DNA from: an uncultured bacterium
GTDB taxonomy: Bacteria; SAR324; NAC60-12
Direction: 5' to 3'
Length of the DNA: 64,000 nt
Assembly: GCA_964010765.1 (NCBI GenBank)
Contig: CAXGMD010000003.1
Coordinates: 1-64,000, forward strand
Below are positions 59,726 through 64,000 of the stretch, piece after piece (the stretch's first letter is position 1; each line of letters begins with the position of its first letter). A program made the translations under genes and the position numbers. The notes beneath the pieces were generated by a model that worked only from the letters and a program-made list of their open reading frames with translations, was not told the DNA's origin and did no database searches.

Positions 59726-61074
59726 AGCATGCCCCGCAGTTTCTTAGACACATCAATCTCAATACTCTCGACCAGGCCCGACAATTCTTTGACGTCCATC
59801 AACATGCTCTTGCGATCCGGCATGATTGCGTAAAGGTACTTGACGTACTCGGGCAGCATCTTCAAATAGACCTGATTTCGGTCAAAGCGAATTTGCTTAC
59901 TCAGGAAAAGCTCCAGTTGTCCTCTGGACATGTGCTTAAAGACATCAATGAAACCTGTTGAGCAGGTCTCTAACTCCTTACTGACATCTTTTGGATAGAA
60001 GTCCGAAAACCGCTTACGAGAAGTCATGATTCTAGAAAACAGAAGCATCGTGATACAGACCACTGTACCGTTCACCCAATCAATCCCGTACATCCCCAAA
60101 TATCCGATTAAGAAATAGCATGCACCGATGATTGAACCCGTCAACTGAAGAGCAAGACGCACTCTTTCCACAGCCAAGAACTTGAAATTATATTTGCGCT
60201 CTTTGACGAAAAACCCGAGGCCGTCTGTGAAACTGTCAACCCCCATCACCAACTCTTCTGCTGAAGCCAGTCGATTCTGGAGTTCTGTCTCAAGTTGTTT
60301 CTTTTTCTCGGCTGCGCGCGCATTAAGAATTTCCTGGGAGACATAACGCTTCGTAGCCTTCAGTTTCTCGACCAGCACTCCAAGGAATTCGAATGGGTTC
60401 TCCGAACTCATCTGGTTTTGCTTGAACTGTGACTTAGCCTGTAGATAGTTGATGACCTCATCATAAAGGCGCAGGCGTTTCTTGCGTGCCTTCTTAGAAC
60501 CTGTACGGCCACTGCGAGCCTCATACTCCGCATCTTCCTGAGCTTCAATGACCATTTCCTTGCGAATCAGAAGCGTAAAGATTTCGGAACAGACGTCACC
60601 ATGATTTTTGTTCATGTCGAACATCTTGGAGAAGATCTCACATATCACATAACTGGTTCCCGAAAATTTGCGATCACCAATCTCTACGTCTGACTTCTCC
60701 ATGTTGTAGAAAGACTCCAACAGGTAGTCGAGCATGTCCTGTACGTAGCCAACGTAGTCCTCCGTGTTGACACTTTCATTGATGAGAGCCACCCAACTGA
60801 GAGCTGCAAAACGCTGTGTCTGCTCGTTGTCGAGCAGCATCTCGAGGGCATCAATGAAGTAGGGAAGCTTCTTGAGTGTATTCGTACTGGTGTAAACAAA
60901 GTCAGAGACCGTGACAGCTGCCGCTTTTGGATCTACCTCTTTCTCAAAAAGAACGACCATTCGGGTCGCTAGATCTTTGGCAAAACTCTCCGGAATCGCA
61001 TCCTCGTCAGGCCCTCCGGCCCCTTCACCTTCTTCATCCAGAAGATCATCATCAAAATCAGTATCTTCTCGCAT
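59722..61074 (-). CDS. Hypothetical protein: acidic N-terminus, helical body, two TM helices near the C-terminus
   Basis: 450 aa; GAGG SD; ATGA overlap with asnS. Confidence 0.75.
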   Translation of the reverse strand: MREDTDFDDDLLDEEGEGAGGPDEDAIPESFAKDLATRMVVLFEKEVDPKAAAVTVSDFVYTSTNTLKKLPYFIDALEMLLDNEQTQRFAALSWVALINESVNTEDYVGYVQDMLDYLLESFYNMEKSDVEIGDRKFSGTSYVICEIFSKMFDMNKNHGDVCSEIFTLLIRKEMVIEAQEDAEYEARSGRTGSKKARKKRLRLYDEVINYLQAKSQFKQNQMSSENPFEFLGVLVEKLKATKRYVSQEILNARAAEKKKQLETELQNRLASAEELVMGVDSFTDGLGFFVKERKYNFKFLAVERVRLALQLTGSIIGACYFLIGYLGMYGIDWVNGTVVCITMLLFSRIMTSRKRFSDFYPKDVSKELETCSTGFIDVFKHMSRGQLELFLSKQIRFDRNQVYLKMLPEYVKYLYAIMPDRKSMLMDVKELSGLVESIEIDVSKKLRGML

Positions 61075-61109
61075 ACTTCCTCATGTTCAGCACATGTATG
61101 GAATTGGCT

Positions 61110-63053
61110 TTATCGCAAAGCTGGTGGTGTCGATTCCGCTTGCAATTGAACTAAAAAATCTTCGAAGAGTAACGTCTGTTGCTCTTTAGAACCTAGTCGC
61201 CGAACCGTCACAGTTTTTTCTTCGGCCTCTCGTCTTCCTAGTGCTAGTAGTACCGGCACTTTCTGTAGGCTGTGTTCTCGAACTTTGTAGCTAATTTTCT
61301 CATTGCGCAAATCAACCTCAGCGCGCAGGCCCGCAGCCAATAGTTGGTTTTGCAAATCCAGTGCATAGTCATTGGCTTCTGTGACGATCGTTGCCAAGAC
61401 AGCCTGTGTCGGAGCCAGCCACAGTGGGAAGCGTCCGGCAAACTGTTCAACCAAAATACCCAAAAACCTCTCAAAGGAACCAAGAATCGCACGGTGCAGC
61501 ATCACAGGTCGATAACGCTGTCCATCTTCTGCGACATAGCTTGCATCCAGGCGTTCTGGCAAAACAAAATCCACTTGCAGAGTTCCACATTGCCAATCCC
61601 GACCGATTGCATCACGCAACACGAACTCTAGTTTTGGCCCATAGAAGGCACCTTCTCCTGGATTCAGAGTGTAATCCTGACCAGCAGTTCTTGTTGCTGC
61701 TAGCAGCGCTGATTCTGCACGATCCCAAATCTCATCAGAACCAGCACGAACCTCAGGTCGGTCTGAAAATTTTACGTGGAAACTTTCGAAGCCAAAGTCC
61801 TGGTAGATTGTCGAGAGCAATTCAATAAAAGCCTTGGTTTCTCCTTCAATCTGGCTCTCTGTGCAGAAGATGTGCGCATCATCCTGAGTAAAAGCACGTA
61901 CGCGCATCAACCCGTGTAGCGCTCCATGTGGTTCATAACGATGGCAAGAACCAAACTCGGCAAGACGTAACGGCAGGTCACGGTAGCTCTTGATCCCCTG
62001 GCGGAAGATCTGCACATGCCCTGGACAGTTCATAGGTTTGAGAGCCAAAGAGCGCTGATCCTCGCTATGTCCTTTGCCACCTTCATCCACTTCGGCAATG
62101 AACATATGCTCCCGAAATTTTTCCCAATGGCCTGATTTCTCCCAGAGCAATCGGTCCACTAACTGTGGGGTCTTAACCTCTACATAGCCTGCTTTTTCCA
62201 ACCGCTGACGCATGTACTGCTCACAAATTCTGTACAACGTCCAGCCCTTTGGATGCCAGAATACAGATCCCAAAGCCTCGTCTTGGAAATGAAACAACCC
62301 CATCTCACGACCAAGTCGTCGATGATCTCGCCGCTCTGCTTCCTCCAGTTGATGCAGATAGCCATTGAGTTCTTTCTCATTGGACCAAGCGGTGCCATAG
62401 ATGCGTTGAAGCATCGCGTTCTCAGACTTCCCACGCCAATAGGCTCCTGCCAGTTTCATTAACTTAAAGCCCTGCCCCAAACGGCCTGTTGAAGGTAGGT
62501 GGGGCCCTCGACATAAGTCGATGAACTCTCCCTGGCGATAGAGGGAGATCACCTCATCTTCTGGGAGATCACGAATGATTTGTGCCTTGTAAGTCTCTCC
62601 TTGCTCTTCAAAAAAAGTGATCGCTACGTCCCGCTCCCAGACCTCTCTTTGAATAGAGATATCTTCTTTCACTAACTCTCGCATCCGGTCTTCAATCCGT
62701 TCCAAATCATCAGGAGTGAAAGACTCTTCACGAGCAAAATCATAATAGAACCCATTCTCAATCACCGGACCAATAGTGACCTGAGTTTCTGGGTAGAGTT
62801 CTTTAACAGCCTGGGCCATCACATGTGCCGCATCATGGCGCAGCAACTCTACGCCATCGGGCTGAGTTCGTGTTACAATTTCGATCTGTGCCTGATTGGG
62901 CAATTCTAGATAAATATCACTAAGCTGTTCATTGATACGAACAGCCACTGCATCTTGTGCTAAGCGGCGACCGATGCTGTTAGCCAGGTCCAATCCTGTA
63001 GCACCTTCAGGCAATTGACGGGATGAACCATCGGGCAAGAAAACTTCAATCAT
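61110..63053 (-). CDS. thrS: Threonine--tRNA ligase
   Basis: TGS domain, [50 protein letters not shown]. Confidence 0.97.
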   Translation of the reverse strand: MIEVFLPDGSSRQLPEGATGLDLANSIGRRLAQDAVAVRINEQLSDIYLELPNQAQIEIVTRTQPDGVELLRHDAAHVMAQAVKELYPETQVTIGPVIENGFYYDFAREESFTPDDLERIEDRMRELVKEDISIQREVWERDVAITFFEEQGETYKAQIIRDLPEDEVISLYRQGEFIDLCRGPHLPSTGRLGQGFKLMKLAGAYWRGKSENAMLQRIYGTAWSNEKELNGYLHQLEEAERRDHRRLGREMGLFHFQDEALGSVFWHPKGWTLYRICEQYMRQRLEKAGYVEVKTPQLVDRLLWEKSGHWEKFREHMFIAEVDEGGKGHSEDQRSLALKPMNCPGHVQIFRQGIKSYRDLPLRLAEFGSCHRYEPHGALHGLMRVRAFTQDDAHIFCTESQIEGETKAFIELLSTIYQDFGFESFHVKFSDRPEVRAGSDEIWDRAESALLAATRTAGQDYTLNPGEGAFYGPKLEFVLRDAIGRDWQCGTLQVDFVLPERLDASYVAEDGQRYRPVMLHRAILGSFERFLGILVEQFAGRFPLWLAPTQAVLATIVTEANDYALDLQNQLLAAGLRAEVDLRNEKISYKVREHSLQKVPVLLALGRREAEEKTVTVRRLGSKEQQTLLFEDFLVQLQAESTPPALR

Positions 63054-63101
63054 GGAAAAATATTATTGCGGGCTATTGGGGAAAATATCGTTGTGATCTG
63101 G

Positions 63102-64000
63102 TCAGGCAACCGTTTCAGTACCATCTGTCGGAAGTTCTTCTCCGGCAGTGGTTGGTACCTCAAGCAAGGCTGGGTGATGTTCCAAGGCAATGTTAAGGGC
63201 GTCATTCACGTTATATACCGCTCGAATCCGCAGTCCATCTGTAATTTCAGCTGGAATTTCAGCCAGATCTTTCTCATTTTCCACAGGGATTACAACCGTT
63301 GAAAACATGCCCCGACGAGCAGCTAGTAGTTTCTCCTTCAACCCACCTATTTCTGTGACATGTCCCCGGAGAGTGATCTCACCCGTCATCGCTACTTCGT
63401 TGCGAACTGGGATCTGGGTAAAAGCACTAACAATTGCTGTAATCAACGGCAACCCAGCAGACGGACCATCTTTGGGAGTCGCTCCTTCCGGCAAGTGAAT
63501 ATGTAGATCTCGCTTTTTGAAGAGCTTATGATCGATGCGAAGTGACTCCGCATTGCTGCGTACCCATGAATATGCAGCTTTGGCAGACTCCTGCATCACA
63601 TCACCCAATTTACCAGTCAGGGACAATTTACCACCTCCCGGCATCAGTCCAACTTCCACCAGCATGGTTTCTCCGCCCAGTGAAGTGACACCTAAGCCCA
63701 TTGCTACGCCCACCTCGTTGTGATCATTCTTGCGATCCCTCGGTGGGTGTGGCACTCCCAAGCACTTGTGTACCAATTTCGGCGTCACCATCATGTTCTT
63801 CTTCTCTTCAGAACGAACCAACTGGGTGACTACTTTCCGACAAATCTTGCCAAGTTCCCGCTCCAGATTACGCACACCGGCCTCACGAGTATAGCTTCGG
63901 ATCACTTCTTCCACCGCAGCCTTGCGGAAACGTAACTGTTCGGCTATCAAACCGTGCAGTTTTCGTTGTCTTGGAATGATAAAATCTTCTGCGATTCGAA
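63102..64000 (-). CDS. lon: Lon protease, C-terminal part (frame stays open to the window edge)
   Basis: YTREAGVRNLER, HIHLPEGATPKDGPSAG, AMTGEITLRG, IGGLKEKLLAA. Confidence 0.96.
   Translation of the reverse strand, partial: RIAEDFIIPRQRKLHGLIAEQLRFRKAAVEEVIRSYTREAGVRNLERELGKICRKVVTQLVRSEEKKNMMVTPKLVHKCLGVPHPPRDRKNDHNEVGVAMGLGVTSLGGETMLVEVGLMPGGGKLSLTGKLGDVMQESAKAAYSWVRSNAESLRIDHKLFKKRDLHIHLPEGATPKDGPSAGLPLITAIVSAFTQIPVRNEVAMTGEITLRGHVTEIGGLKEKLLAARRGMFSTVVIPVENEKDLAEIPAEITDGLRIRAVYNVNDALNIALEHHPALLEVPTTAGEELPTDGTETVA

Noticed and set aside
1..64000. The many 60-160 aa ORFs nested in or antisense to long genes; CRISPR arrays, tRNA/rRNA, IS or phage genes
   Set aside because: The nested ORFs lack motifs and look like shadow frames; no repeat-spacer array, RNA gene or transposase/integrase seen by eye

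Overview
Gene-dense bacterial chromosomal segment, roughly mid-40s % GC by eye. Gene content and protein style suggest a marine deltaproteobacteria-like lineage such as SAR324; this is an inference, not verified. Main content: (1) a six-gene alternative complex III operon, actABCDEF (4749-12488); (2) a small cytochrome/CopG cluster followed by ccmF-ccmG (18207-22674); (3) a heme-copper oxidase operon on the minus strand (ctaB, an unlisted 38-aa membrane ORF, subunits II, I, III, IV, a second III, and a CAVC mini-protein; 41831-47206), divergent from a GrxD-rhodanese/IscA/YggT unit; (4) peptidoglycan genes (M23 peptidase, mpl, PBP1A-like, MltD-like, L,D-transpeptidase); (5) housekeeping genes (miaB, argB, prmA, asnS, thrS, partial lon); (6) a doubly frameshifted ROK regulator; (7) several unknown proteins, including two TerB-like/PilZ-like paralogues. 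I saw no tRNA, rRNA, CRISPR array or mobile element. The most striking observation is an A-type oxidase that keeps all metal ligands and HPEVY but appears to have lost the K-channel residues (helix VIII PTGxK reads PIAEI) and gained two intramembrane glutamates. The same window holds an atypical ACIII: ActB retains an FS0 cysteine motif and ActE has no lipobox. All family calls come from motif recognition by eye; no searches were run.
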